The notes: generated by a model from the letters alone, not told the origin. Positions 1-9,451 are shown, counted from the first letter of the stretch. The stretch: DNA of 64,000 nucleotides from Candidatus Pacearchaeota archaeon (GCA_016866975.1 VGKP01000002.1:18866-82865), one strand, 5' to 3'. A program made the numbers and translations.

Positions 1-650
1 TAGGCATTGTGACTCTGCCTTTCACCGTCGAAGGGCAAAAAAGAATTGAAAACGCCCAGTACGGGTTAGAAAAGATGGTTGCAGTCACTGACACACTCAT
101 AGTAATTCCAAATGACAAATTGTTAGAGATAGCCCCTGAGTTGCCAATACATACAGCTTTCAAGGTAGCAGATGAAATCCTTACAAACTCAGTCAAGGGC
201 ATTGCAGAGCTAGTCACAAAAGCAGGTTTGGTCAATTTGGATTTTGCAGATGTTAAGGCTGTCATGTCAGATGGAGGAGTTTCTCTTATAGGTATTGGAG
301 AATCAGACTCAAAGGACAGGGCAAGAGATGCTGTAGAAAAGGCAATAAATAATCCTCTTCTTGACGTAGACATATCTAATGCATCAGGTGCACTTGTGAA
401 TATCATTGGTGGCAATGATATGTCTCTAGATGAATACAGGCTTATTATGGAAGTCCTTGGAAGTAAGATCGCCCCAGATGCCAAGATAATCTCGGGGGCG
501 CAAATCTCAGCAGATATGGATCGTTCAATAAAAGTTCTTCTTATAGTTACTGGCGTGAAGAGTTCACAGATTCTTGGTGCAGGCATAGACTTGGATATAA
601 AGAAAGAAGATGCTCTAGAGGAAGAACTAGGGATTGATTATGTGAAATAA
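1..650 (+). CDS. ftsZ: Cell-division GTPase FtsZ, C-terminal part (5' end upstream of window)
   Basis: Frame open to window edge (..GIVTLPFTVEG). FtsZ signatures VTxPFxxEG, IVIPNDKL, GLVNLDFADV, GALVNIIGG. TAA stop at 648-650. Confidence 0.9.
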   Translation, partial: GIVTLPFTVEGQKRIENAQYGLEKMVAVTDTLIVIPNDKLLEIAPELPIHTAFKVADEILTNSVKGIAELVTKAGLVNLDFADVKAVMSDGGVSLIGIGESDSKDRARDAVEKAINNPLLDVDISNASGALVNIIGGNDMSLDEYRLIMEVLGSKIAPDAKIISGAQISADMDRSIKVLLIVTGVKSSQILGAGIDLDIKKEDALEEELGIDYVK

Positions 651-684
651 GAAGCTTTTTTAACCCTCTATTAATAAGAAATCC

Positions 685-1098
685 ATGAAAATAGGAATTA
701 TCGATAGGTTATTGTTTGATCAGGAATCAATTATACGCGCACTGCAGCAAGGTATTAAATACCGTCCGCCCACTGGCTATCTTAAGGATTTTTTAATAAA
801 AAAAGGAGCAGAGGTTATTTCGGCTGAAACAATTCAAGGGCTTGCAGAACATTCTACGCTTTCAAGCTATGATGCTTTTTTGATTCATCCCGGGAGGGAC
901 AAACAAAAAGAGACAATTGAGAGAGTACAAAGAGAGGCCCCCAATTCTTTGCTAGCGATAATTACCTTTAATTTAGATGATTACATTCCTCAGAACGGAG
1001 CGCCTGTATTTAGTTTGGATTCAAGAAATTATGATAAAGCATATGCTTTTTTAGAGAGTAGATTGCAAGAAAGAGTAAAAGGGTCAAATAGACATTAG
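685..1098 (+). CDS. Hypothetical protein (137 aa)
   Basis: Clean ATG ORF with a TTTTTTAA box about 25 nt upstream. No motif recognised. Sits between ftsZ and secE. Confidence 0.5.
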   Translation: MKIGIIDRLLFDQESIIRALQQGIKYRPPTGYLKDFLIKKGAEVISAETIQGLAEHSTLSSYDAFLIHPGRDKQKETIERVQREAPNSLLAIITFNLDDYIPQNGAPVFSLDSRNYDKAYAFLESRLQERVKGSNRH

Positions 1099-1108
1099 TT
1101 TTAAAAAC
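1097..1108 (+). promoter_or_regulatory. BRE/TATA-like box (AGTTTTAAAAAC) for secE
   Basis: Matches the recurrent RGTTTAAA motif seen about 25-30 nt upstream of many start codons and tRNA 5' ends in this window. The secE ATG is at 1129. Confidence 0.45.
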
Positions 1109-1128
1109 CACTTAATCCATTATATCGT

Positions 1129-1326
1129 ATGGATAACTTTCAAGGACCAAGTGTAGGGACAAGAATTAAATCATTTTTCATCCAGTGTACTCGTGTGTGG
1201 CAGCTTCTTAGAAAGCCGAGTATGGAGGAATTCAAGTCAATTTCAAAGATTTCTGCTCTAGGGTTGTTAGCAATAGGCTTAATAGGATTTCTTATTGCAG
1301 ATATAATGAAGTTCCTTAATCGTTAG
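1129..1326 (+). CDS. secE: Preprotein translocase subunit SecE / Sec61-gamma
   Basis: 65 aa. Basic N-terminal part (VWQLLRKPSMEEF) then a single C-terminal TM helix (ALGLLAIGLIGFLIADI). Conserved ftsZ-secE neighbourhood of archaea. Confidence 0.8.
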   Translation: MDNFQGPSVGTRIKSFFIQCTRVWQLLRKPSMEEFKSISKISALGLLAIGLIGFLIADIMKFLNR

Positions 1327-2362
1327 TTTTTTTGTAATCAGGATTGTAATATACTGCCCTACCAAATTCTTCTTTTGCTTCCTTTGGCTTTCCAAGCTCC
1401 TTTAGAACTTGGCTTAAGTTGTAATGATGATCAGCATTTTTCGGATTCAATTCAATTGCTCTCTGAAAACACTTGACAGCATTATCAAAATTTTTTTCAT
1501 GCACTTCTATTACTCCCAGAGCACTCCATGCAGATTCCCTTTCATCAAGTCTTATTGATTCAATCAATACTGGCCTTGCCTCAGATATCTTTCCTCTTTT
1601 CATTCCAATAAGTGCTATTTCGAGATAAGTAAGCCCGAAATTAGGATTCATCTGCAATGATTTTACTAGATGTTCTATCGCCTCGTCTAGTTTACCTATA
1701 GAATGATATTGTGAGCCGATCTGGTATTCTTGATAGAAGTCTCCTTTTATGTTCTTCAATTCAAGCTCTATGTACTTAGCAGTATGTTCTGGACTATGTG
1801 ACAGGGATCCAAAATGATGGATAGGGATGTCTGTTTCTTTTATTTTTCCGCCGATTCTCTGGATAGAAGGTATTACGGAATCATGGGCCACTCCCTCTGC
1901 TCTTATTTTAGGATTGTTCTTGAAAAGTCTTACCATCATCCTGGGGGCGTATCCATGAGCTACTTTGCTCTCCTCGTACTTGTCATCTTTGCAAGAAGTC
2001 CATGAAAGTGTACCTTTCTGATTAGTATAGTTTCTCTGTACAAGATAATATCCGTCATATTCTTGGCTTGAGACAAGTGCTTTTATTTTTTGAAGGTCTC
2101 TTAAGGCTATTGTCTCATCACTATCCAAGCTCAATATCCACGGTTGGGTCGCCTTGGAAAACGCCTCGTTTTTCGCATCACCATAATTGTCATTCCATTT
2201 GAAATCGTAAACATTGGCTCCAAGTGATTCTGCAATCTTTTTTGTTGAGTCACTTGATCCCGTATCTACAAATATAATCTCTTTTACTAAAGGTTTCGCA
2301 CTCTGTATGCAGGGCCCTATTGTTTTTTGATTATTTCTCCCTATAACGCACAAGCTTATCAT
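1316..2362 (-). CDS. Family 2 glycosyltransferase with C-terminal TPR repeats
   Basis: N-terminal GT2 pattern (ISLCVIGRN..IIFVDTGSSDST..LSLDSDE). C-terminal TPR-like repeats (GKLDEAIEHLVKSLQMNP, FDNAVKCFQRAIELNP, GKPKEAKEEFGRAVYYNP). Confidence 0.85.
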   Translation of the reverse strand: MISLCVIGRNNQKTIGPCIQSAKPLVKEIIFVDTGSSDSTKKIAESLGANVYDFKWNDNYGDAKNEAFSKATQPWILSLDSDETIALRDLQKIKALVSSQEYDGYYLVQRNYTNQKGTLSWTSCKDDKYEESKVAHGYAPRMMVRLFKNNPKIRAEGVAHDSVIPSIQRIGGKIKETDIPIHHFGSLSHSPEHTAKYIELELKNIKGDFYQEYQIGSQYHSIGKLDEAIEHLVKSLQMNPNFGLTYLEIALIGMKRGKISEARPVLIESIRLDERESAWSALGVIEVHEKNFDNAVKCFQRAIELNPKNADHHYNLSQVLKELGKPKEAKEEFGRAVYYNPDYKKTND

Positions 2363-2441
2363 TATGATAAAATAAAAATAGAGTATATAGAGATTGAGGT
2401 GCTTTAAATAAAGTTTAAAAATCCTTCTGAGATTTAGACTG

Positions 2442-2921
2442 ATGGAATCAAATATAAGGGCTATTGAAAATAAAGACCTGGACTCCTTAGCAAGGATTTA
2501 TGCAGAAACTTATGACTACTTTGATGTCGGCGAGATTTGGACACCCCAATCTGCAAAAGAGATGTTAAGATACTGGCTTAACAAGCAGCCAGATCTTTGT
2601 TTTCTTGCAGAAGAAATGGAGATTCAAGGAGCTTTTGTCATAGGCGTTAAACCTTGGTGGGATGGGAATCATCTTGTAGATGGGGAGATTTTTGTCCATC
2701 CAGATTATCAAAAAAAAGGTATTGGCACAGCATTATTGAGGCATGTATTTGCAGAAGCACGTAAAAAGTACAACGTAGTGCGCTGGGATACTTTCACAGT
2801 GAGGGATAAATATCCCCTTAATTGGTATAAATCAATAGGTTTTACAGAGATAAAGGAATGGGCTATGATATCTGCAGTTCCAAGAGAAGTGATGAATAAA
2901 CTTGATTCTAAAAAAAGATAG
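2442..2921 (+). CDS. GNAT family N-acetyltransferase
   Basis: Acetyl-CoA binding motif YQKKGIGTALLRHVFAEARKK. 159 aa. GTTTAAAAAT box at 2413-2422. Confidence 0.8.
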   Translation: MESNIRAIENKDLDSLARIYAETYDYFDVGEIWTPQSAKEMLRYWLNKQPDLCFLAEEMEIQGAFVIGVKPWWDGNHLVDGEIFVHPDYQKKGIGTALLRHVFAEARKKYNVVRWDTFTVRDKYPLNWYKSIGFTEIKEWAMISAVPREVMNKLDSKKR

Positions 2922-2951
2922 GTTTTTAAGACATTTTTAGTGTAGGTTTTT

Positions 2952-3335
2952 ATGAGATACATACAAGATTGTGTCGAGGATAAATTGCAAGGAGATGTAT
3001 ATACAGGCCACGGTTTTCGTCCAGGTTGGGACAGAATTCCTAGAATATATATCGGGATAGATGCAAAAATTAGGAATTGTTCTATTACAAGAAATAATGG
3101 AAAGGGAAAGATAATCCAACATCTTTTAAAAAATTTAGATAGACCTTTCGATAGAAAGACACTGGCAGGTATATCCAATCTCAATATTTCTACTATACCT
3201 AGTTACATGATAGATATAGCGAAAGGATTTAGTCAATCTTTATGGTATGAACTAGTCTACGACTTTGGGACTAAAACTTATGCTTTAAAAGAAAGGCAAA
3301 GATGGCCTTCTCATAGTCATTCATTCGAGATCTAA
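2952..3335 (+). CDS. Hypothetical protein (127 aa), possible winged-helix C-terminus
   Basis: Only sensible ORF in this interval; the overlapping minus-strand ORFs look spurious. No strong motif. Confidence 0.35.
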   Translation: MRYIQDCVEDKLQGDVYTGHGFRPGWDRIPRIYIGIDAKIRNCSITRNNGKGKIIQHLLKNLDRPFDRKTLAGISNLNISTIPSYMIDIAKGFSQSLWYELVYDFGTKTYALKERQRWPSHSHSFEI

Positions 3336-3436
3336 GAAAGGTTTAAAAACATCTCATTCTCACATAAAATGTCGCTCACTACATATTGATGTGTTCTTTT
3401 TCTGAACACAGCAATCATCCTGTAGGAGACATCAAA

Positions 3437-4054
3437 ATGGAACTGAAAGAAGCAATAGCAGCATTAAGAAAGGAAGAAAAGAAGAAATTCGATCAGAGCA
3501 TAGATCTAATCATAAACCTGAAAGGTATCGACGTCAAAAGAGATAATGTCTCGACAATAGTAAATATTCCTCACAAGATAAAGGAGAAGAAGGTCTGTGG
3601 TTTTCTCACCAAGAAGAGCGATTTAGTAAGGACAGTCACTCAGCCTGATTTTCAGAAATACAAAGAGAAGAAACCTTTGAAGATGCTAGTGAAGGAATAT
3701 GACTTTTTCATTGCAGCTGCTTCACTGATGCCGTCTGTAGCTACGACATTTGGTAAGGCTCTCGGTCCTTCAGGCAAGATGCCGTCTCCACAGTTAGGTG
3801 TATTGATGAAAGAGGATGAAGTTTTGATAAAACAGCTTCTTGAGAAGATTAGTACCGCAGTTAAAATTAGAGTGAAGGAACCAAGCGTAAAGGTCTCAGT
3901 TGGTAAAGAAAGCATGAAAGATGAGCATCTGATCGAGAACATTCAGGCGATATATCATGGCCTAGTCAATGCGTTGCCGACAAAAAAAGAGAATTTAAGG
4001 AATATTTTAATTAAAAAGACTATGGGCAAGCCGATTATGGTGGAGATGAAATAA
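3437..4054 (+). CDS. rpl1: 50S ribosomal protein L1 (uL1)
   Basis: MELKEAIAALRKE..FDQSIDLIINLKGID..GKALGPSGKMPSP is typical uL1. AGGAGA Shine-Dalgarno 8 nt upstream of the 3437 ATG. An in-frame upstream ATG at 3389 is less likely. Confidence 0.9.
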   Translation: MELKEAIAALRKEEKKKFDQSIDLIINLKGIDVKRDNVSTIVNIPHKIKEKKVCGFLTKKSDLVRTVTQPDFQKYKEKKPLKMLVKEYDFFIAAASLMPSVATTFGKALGPSGKMPSPQLGVLMKEDEVLIKQLLEKISTAVKIRVKEPSVKVSVGKESMKDEHLIENIQAIYHGLVNALPTKKENLRNILIKKTMGKPIMVEMK

Positions 4055-4911
4055 TGGCTGAGAAAAAAAATGCAAAATCCAATAAGGCTGTCAAAGTGGA
4101 TTCACATGCTCGTGTCAAGGCAGTTCCAGAATATAAGCTTAAGACTGTTTCAGAGCTCTCGAGAAAGATGAAAGAGAGCACGACTGTGCTGTTAGCATCT
4201 ACAAGAGGTCTTCCAAGTTCCCAGTTCCATGATATAAAGAAGAACCTTCGTGGGAAGGCAGATATCTGTGTTGCCAAGAAGTCATTAGTTGTGCGAGCAA
4301 TCTCAACTACTGAAAGAGGAGGGTTGCAGAATCTTAAATGTCATGTTGGTGCAGATGTGGCTTTGTTTTTCTCAAACTTAGATGCTTTCGAATTATCAGG
4401 ACTATTAAGCGATAATCAAAGCCCTACAAAAGCAAGGGCAGGCGACATTGCACCAGAAGATATTAATGTTGAACCTGGTCCAACAAGTCTAGTCCCAGGC
4501 CCAGCAATCTCAGAATTATCTGGAGTCGGCCTCAAAGTCGCAGTTGAAGGCGGCAAATTGGCAATAAAGCAGCCAGCGACTATAGTGCGTGCAGGAGAAG
4601 TAATTAAGGAAAATGTTGCAGGAGTCATGGCTAAGCTAGACATCAAGCCAATGAAAGTTGGTTTCGAACCAATTGCAGCATACGATTCAAAAAGCGATAA
4701 AGTCTATGCTGGAATAAAGATAGATAAAAAGAAAGCTCATGAGGAACTAAAACAGGCTATTGGAAAAGCTCTTGGATTTGCTGTATCTGTCAGATATTTA
4801 GTCAAAGAGACTCTCAGTTATTTCCTTGCTAAAGCGAATGCCGAAGAGAAAGCTGTTCAATCGATTATTGATAAATCTCAAACTCAAACAACTACAAAGG
4901 AGGGCAACTAA
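4054..4911 (+). CDS. rplP0: 50S ribosomal protein P0 / L10 (uL10)
   Basis: Archaeal P0 N-terminal pattern (VPEYKLKTVSELSRKMKESTTVLLASTRGLPSSQF). ATG overlaps the L1 stop. GGTGGAG SD upstream. Confidence 0.9.
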   Translation: MAEKKNAKSNKAVKVDSHARVKAVPEYKLKTVSELSRKMKESTTVLLASTRGLPSSQFHDIKKNLRGKADICVAKKSLVVRAISTTERGGLQNLKCHVGADVALFFSNLDAFELSGLLSDNQSPTKARAGDIAPEDINVEPGPTSLVPGPAISELSGVGLKVAVEGGKLAIKQPATIVRAGEVIKENVAGVMAKLDIKPMKVGFEPIAAYDSKSDKVYAGIKIDKKKAHEELKQAIGKALGFAVSVRYLVKETLSYFLAKANAEEKAVQSIIDKSQTQTTTKEGN

Positions 4912-5198
4912 TGGAATATATTTACGGAGCATTGCTCTTGCACAAGCTAGGCCAGGAAGTAACTGAATCTAGTCTGACAAAAGTTATTGCAGCTACCGGC
5001 GTACAGGTAGATGAGTCTAAAGTAAAGACGCTTATTGCAGCATTGCAGGGCGTTGATATCTCATCAGAGCTTGCAAACGCAAGCGCTGTAGCAACTGCAC
5101 CAGCATCTGGAAGCGCGGCTACACCAGCAAAGGAAGAGAAGAAGAAAGAAGAAGCTCCTTCAGAATCAGCGGCAGGATTGAGCGCACTATTCGGGTAA
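4911..5198 (+). CDS. rpl12: 50S ribosomal stalk protein P1 / L12
   Basis: MEYIYGALLLH.. start, Ala/Glu/Lys-rich linker and canonical C-terminal GLSALFG. ATG overlaps the P0 stop. Confidence 0.92.
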   Translation: MEYIYGALLLHKLGQEVTESSLTKVIAATGVQVDESKVKTLIAALQGVDISSELANASAVATAPASGSAATPAKEEKKKEEAPSESAAGLSALFG

Positions 5199-5270
5199 TT
5201 TTTCCATTTAGGAGCCCGAAATTGCACGCATACTTAGCGGTAGATTTTTGAATTAGTTCTTCGCAGAGTG

Positions 5271-5283
5271 AAAGCTTTATAAG
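5271..5283 (+). promoter_or_regulatory. BRE/TATA-like box (AAAGCTTTATAAG) for tRNA-Ser(UGA)
   Basis: TATA-like element about 27-30 nt upstream of the mature tRNA 5' end at 5308. Confidence 0.5.
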
Positions 5284-5307
5284 TCCTTTTCTTTAGTTTA
5301 CTTAGAA

Positions 5308-5389
5308 GCCCACGTGGCACAATGGTACTGCGCCGGTCTTGAGAACCGGTTCCCTCCGGGGTATCCCCGTTCGATTCGGGGCGTGGGCG
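5308..5389 (+). tRNA. tRNA-Ser (anticodon UGA), class II, no intron
   Basis: Acceptor GCCCACG/CGTGGGC. Anticodon arm CCGGT-CTTGAGA-ACCGG. Long variable arm TTCCCTCCGGGGTAT. T arm CCCCG-TTCGATT-CGGGG. Discriminator G. Confidence 0.9.
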
Positions 5390-5470
5390 TTTCATTATTC
5401 TATTTTTGGATTGAAATTTGCAGAAAAAATTAAAGAATAAGTTTAAGAATCTAGTTTAATTAGTTTAGAT

Positions 5471-5884
5471 ATGAAGTTTTACAGAGCATTGGGCATATCA
5501 CTATTAACTTATTTTTTCTCCATGGTATTAGGCATTATTGTGATGACTGTAATGGGGATATCAATAGCCTCTGGTGGAAATGATATACCTAAGGAAGCCT
5601 TAATAATAAATATAATTCTTACACTGATTTTATCCGGCATCTCGACAAATATTTATCTCAATGGAAAAGGAATAAAACCTGGAGTAAGAGAGGGATTTCT
5701 CTTCGGTATTGTCCTTGTAGTTTTAGGTACTATAATAGACATTATTTTCTTCAGCCTTTCTTCTATTGCAACTGGCACTCAACAGAGCATAATAGAATAC
5801 TATTCAAATCCTCTGTTCTGGACTGCATTGATTCTTTTCTTGGCGACTTGCATAATCACAGGATTCTTGAGAGAGAAAAGATGA
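5471..5884 (+). CDS. Hypothetical integral membrane protein (4 predicted TM helices)
   Basis: Highly hydrophobic 137 aa ORF. GTTTAAGAAT box 30 nt upstream. Confidence 0.6.
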   Translation: MKFYRALGISLLTYFFSMVLGIIVMTVMGISIASGGNDIPKEALIINIILTLILSGISTNIYLNGKGIKPGVREGFLFGIVLVVLGTIIDIIFFSLSSIATGTQQSIIEYYSNPLFWTALILFLATCIITGFLREKR

Positions 5885-5933
5885 AATCAGTTTTATCCAT
5901 AGGATTTAAAAATCTTATTACCGAAGATTGTTA

Positions 5934-6362
5934 ATGAGATATAATTATCTTCACTATCTCTTACTTTGTTTTATATTGCTCGAGATAATCCTGACAGCAA
6001 CTCTTAATTTCAATTCCGATTTAGGAGCATTCTGCCTTACTGGATCCGATTGTTCTTCAGTCCAGAATTCAGAATATGGTAAATTATTCGGAGTAAGTCT
6101 GAGTGTTTTTGGTTTTATCATGTTTTCACTATTGCTGATAATATATCTTTATGTTGAAAGACATCCAAAATACAGCCAATTTTTCCTTCTAGCTACAGGT
6201 TTAGGATTCTGCTTCGCAGTATACTTCCTTATCCTTCAGTTTTTTGTCCTGAAAAAAATATGTTCCAGTTGTGTGATAATAGATGGCCTTGCAATAGTAT
6301 TATTCATAATAGCTCTTTTTTGGTCAAATGCATTAAGAAGGGAATTACATAAGATTGCCTAG
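5934..6362 (+). CDS. VKOR (vitamin K epoxide reductase)-like membrane thiol oxidoreductase
   Basis: Loop cysteine pair (FCLTGSDCSSV) followed by S/G-rich segment, plus a CSSC (CxxC) motif at the start of the last TM helix. Multi-TM. Confidence 0.6.
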   Translation: MRYNYLHYLLLCFILLEIILTATLNFNSDLGAFCLTGSDCSSVQNSEYGKLFGVSLSVFGFIMFSLLLIIYLYVERHPKYSQFFLLATGLGFCFAVYFLILQFFVLKKICSSCVIIDGLAIVLFIIALFWSNALRRELHKIA

Positions 6363-7120
6363 TTCTTCGCAATTTCCCACAAACGATAAAAGAAGCGCCG
6401 ATGCGACTCTGCGATTTGTTTTGAAGTGATGATAATTGCGATCGGTTCATCACCGAAAGCCACTTCTAAAACATTATCGCCGAAGATGATAACACCAACG
6501 GGGGCAAAACCAGGCACGAATCGGTAGGAAGGCGGTTTCTTGTAGTTGTATTCCTTATATACTTTAAACTGCTGCTCAACCTGAGAGCGTGCGGATTCAT
6601 TCGCAATGAGCTTCATTTTATAACGCATGTCTGAGCGCATCTTGTGGAATCTGCCAAAGAATTCCTGCGTTTTTTCGGAGAATTGCTCTTCATAGCCTGC
6701 GGCAAATCCGATATATTCTGCTTCTTTAGGCAAAGTTTCAATGATAGTCATAAATGCGGCATACACTCCTTTCCATCCTATGAAGACACGTGCTTCTTGC
6801 TTGCTCTTTCCTTGCTTTTGCATCTCGAGTAAACTAGGAAGAGTACGCTCAAGCTGAGATCTTTTCGTATCAGCAATACGCAGCAGCTGTTGCGGCTCGA
6901 CAGCGGAGAAATACTTGCGCTTGCCTTTTAGTATGTAGGAAACAAGGCCTTGTTCAATAAGCTGGTGCAACGCATTGTAAACAACCGAGTTCTGCATCTT
7001 TGTCTTCTCAATGAGTGGCCCTGTTGTGCTTTGCCCAATCTGTAGGAGCTTCAGGTACACAACACTCTGCGCTCGTGTCAGACCGAGCTCTTCGAGCATT
7101 GCAGTGGTTTCAACAGGCAT
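6359..7120 (-). CDS. TrmB-family transcriptional regulator
   Basis: N-terminal winged helix typical of TrmB (LGLTRAQSVVYLKLLQIGQSTTGPLIEKT..VYNALHQLIEQGLVSY..KGKRKYFSA). Confidence 0.8.
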   Translation of the reverse strand: MPVETTAMLEELGLTRAQSVVYLKLLQIGQSTTGPLIEKTKMQNSVVYNALHQLIEQGLVSYILKGKRKYFSAVEPQQLLRIADTKRSQLERTLPSLLEMQKQGKSKQEARVFIGWKGVYAAFMTIIETLPKEAEYIGFAAGYEEQFSEKTQEFFGRFHKMRSDMRYKMKLIANESARSQVEQQFKVYKEYNYKKPPSYRFVPGFAPVGVIIFGDNVLEVAFGDEPIAIIITSKQIAESHRRFFYRLWEIAKN

Positions 7121-7207
7121 GCCTCTCTCACGTTTCTCTGCTTATTAAATCTTTCTCCTTTTTAGGAGAATAAAGTTTTAAATAGGATTCATTTAGAAAG
7201 TAATAAC

Positions 7208-8029
7208 GTGAAACAGATAATTAGGGAAATGCGGAAAGAAGCAAGAGGTTTTGCAGTTGCAGCCTTGCTTACTGCCTCTACAGTTTCTGAAAAAGCAGAA
7301 GACTTCCTCATCGGCACACGAGGGCCTACGCCGCTGCAGTTCGACCATGGAGTCAATTACATCAGAAAGGAAACGCAGAGCGGAGCGAGCGACAATTTCA
7401 TCCAGAGCAATGTCGTGAAGTATTGGACAGGCAAAGAGCTTGGTTTTTTTGCCATCGGAGCATTGCCTTACAAATTCCTTAAATCAAGAGATACTGAAAG
7501 CTCCGGCTTCGGCGATTTGACGCTCAAACTCGGACCTCGAGGCACTATCGATTTGCACAACTTCGGCAGCTTCCATTGGATTGCTGCTGCAGGCACCGCA
7601 ATTCCACTAGGAGATACAGATACGAAGCCAGCGCTTGGCACAGGAAGATATGATTTTAAGGGCGGGTTCACCACTACATATCTTTCTCATGATAAGAAAG
7701 ATGAGATGACAACTGCATTTGAATATAACAAACCATTGACACTTCACAATGGAAAGCCAGCATCTGACGAGATAAATGCTGGATTCATAGTTGGAAAGAA
7801 ATTGAATGATAACTGGAGGATTGGAGCCGGTCTCAGGGGGACTTACAAAATCAGGGAAAAAGATGATGGAGATTATATTACTAAGGCAAGAATATTGGCG
7901 AGATATACATTTTCTAAAAATCCTATGTGGCACATTGAGATTATAGGGGATAAGAGCATAAAAACAAAGTATATGCCAGACGAGACAATGGGATCTATTT
8001 TAATTAGGTATAATTTTGGTAAGAAATAA
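7208..8029 (+). CDS. Secreted beta-rich protein resembling bacterial MetA/phenol-degradation-type outer-membrane barrel proteins
   Basis: Signal-like N-terminus. Alternating beta-strand pattern, SSGFGDLTLKLGPRG and GTGRYDFKGGFTTTYL motifs, aromatic C-terminal strand (ILIRYNFGKK). Family assignment is from memory. Confidence 0.5.
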   Translation: MKQIIREMRKEARGFAVAALLTASTVSEKAEDFLIGTRGPTPLQFDHGVNYIRKETQSGASDNFIQSNVVKYWTGKELGFFAIGALPYKFLKSRDTESSGFGDLTLKLGPRGTIDLHNFGSFHWIAAAGTAIPLGDTDTKPALGTGRYDFKGGFTTTYLSHDKKDEMTTAFEYNKPLTLHNGKPASDEINAGFIVGKKLNDNWRIGAGLRGTYKIREKDDGDYITKARILARYTFSKNPMWHIEIIGDKSIKTKYMPDETMGSILIRYNFGKK

Positions 8030-8065
8030 CATTAGTTTTATTAATCCAATTGTTCATATTTTCTA

Positions 8066-8839
8066 ATGCCAATCATCTTTGGTCCAGCTGGTCTCGGCCC
8101 TGTCAAGACAGCCATACAAACTCTTGAAAAATATCATGAGATGGGATTGCGAGCATGCGAAATTGCATTTACATATAGTGTCTACATCAAGCCATCAGAA
8201 TGTCCACTTATTAGGGAAAAAGCAAAGGAATTAGGTATAGATTTGAGTATTCATGCTCAATACTGGGTGAATCTTAATGCAAAAGAGAAAGAGAAAAGAG
8301 AAGCAACAAAGCAAAGAATATTGCAATGCTGCGAGATTGGTGAGCTTCTTGGTGCAAAAATAGTTGTTTTTCATCCAGGATACTATGGAGAAGACAAGGA
8401 TAAATCTTTTGAAACTATCAGACAAGGAATTATGGAAATCGTGGCTGAAATAAAGAAAAAAGGTTGGAAGATAAAGGTAGCTCCCGAGACGATGGGTAAG
8501 GTTAATGTCTTTGGAAGTGTCGAGGAGATATCTAAGCTGGTAAAAGAAACTGGGTGCTCTTTCTGCATTGACTTTGCCCATATCCTAGCCAGAGATAAAT
8601 CAGTAGATTATAAGCGCATTATAGATGCATTCCCTCAGAAAGACTGGCACGTTCACTTTTCAGGTATTGTTTACGGGGATAAAGGTGAGAAACATCACAT
8701 TTCTACAGAAAAAAAGCTCTGGAAAGAGCTTCTTATAAATCTTCCAAAAGATAAAGCAATCAGAATCATTAATGAGTCTCCTACCATGATCGAGGATAGT
8801 GTACAAGGCATGCAGCTGGAGCAGAAACTAATACGTTAA
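8066..8839 (+). CDS. Xylose-isomerase-like TIM-barrel protein, AP endonuclease family 2 (endonuclease IV-like)
   Basis: Pattern GLRACEIAF..LSIHAQYWVNL..GAKIVVFHPGYYG..FCIDFAHI..HVHFSG fits the metal-binding His/Glu/Asp ladder of Endo IV-like enzymes. Confidence 0.7.
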   Translation: MPIIFGPAGLGPVKTAIQTLEKYHEMGLRACEIAFTYSVYIKPSECPLIREKAKELGIDLSIHAQYWVNLNAKEKEKREATKQRILQCCEIGELLGAKIVVFHPGYYGEDKDKSFETIRQGIMEIVAEIKKKGWKIKVAPETMGKVNVFGSVEEISKLVKETGCSFCIDFAHILARDKSVDYKRIIDAFPQKDWHVHFSGIVYGDKGEKHHISTEKKLWKELLINLPKDKAIRIINESPTMIEDSVQGMQLEQKLIR

Positions 8840-9286
8840 ATTTTCAAGAATCTGCGTCTTGTAACCTTGTTCAGAAATTTTTTCAAGGGCAGCGTCCAGG
8901 CAGATACCTACTGTTCCTCCTCCGACTCTGACAACAGAAACATCTCCCAGTGCAGCAAAAAGGATTTGCCAACCTTGAGAAGGATTAGGATATCCTATAT
9001 AAGTTGGAATGAATTGCGTTAGACCTTTTTTTCTCCATCGGGTGACGATATCTCTTGTTATATCTATCAAAGGCTCTTCTTCCAAAACAATGACATCTGA
9101 AGTGTCGTGTTCTAGGAATGATTTCAGGGGGGAGAGATATCTACAACGCGGGTTGTAATCAGATTGAATGAGCTGCTCAAAGAAGACTTGTGCAGAAAAA
9201 GGATGGACTATGACTGTTGCTTCTGCAGTAATCTTATCCACATACTTCATATCTTGTTCATACACTTCAAGTTTTTTCATATTCAA
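8828..9286 (-). CDS. Hypothetical protein (152 aa)
   Basis: Clean ORF. C-terminal VVRVGGGTVGICLDAALEKISEQGY is faintly isochorismatase/cysteine-hydrolase-like. Not assigned. Confidence 0.5.
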   Translation of the reverse strand: MNMKKLEVYEQDMKYVDKITAEATVIVHPFSAQVFFEQLIQSDYNPRCRYLSPLKSFLEHDTSDVIVLEEEPLIDITRDIVTRWRKKGLTQFIPTYIGYPNPSQGWQILFAALGDVSVVRVGGGTVGICLDAALEKISEQGYKTQILENLTY

Positions 9287-9451
9287 GACCTTACATGCTC
9301 TCTATCGATCCACATATGACATTTTAGATAACTCTCATCGAATGCTTCTTCTGCACTTTGATTTCTAATTCGATTCATATCATTCGAGCTTTAAAACTGT
9401 TTAAAAAACTTTGGTATACATTCTTCCTCTCTTTTCTTCCAAAGGCGCTTT

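Noticed and set aside
2708-3184. Minus-strand ORFs 2708-3184 and 2937-3122
   Set aside because: They overlap the 3' end of the GNAT gene and the 2952-3335 ORF. The sequence is hydrophobic, low-complexity and typical of AT-rich antisense frames.
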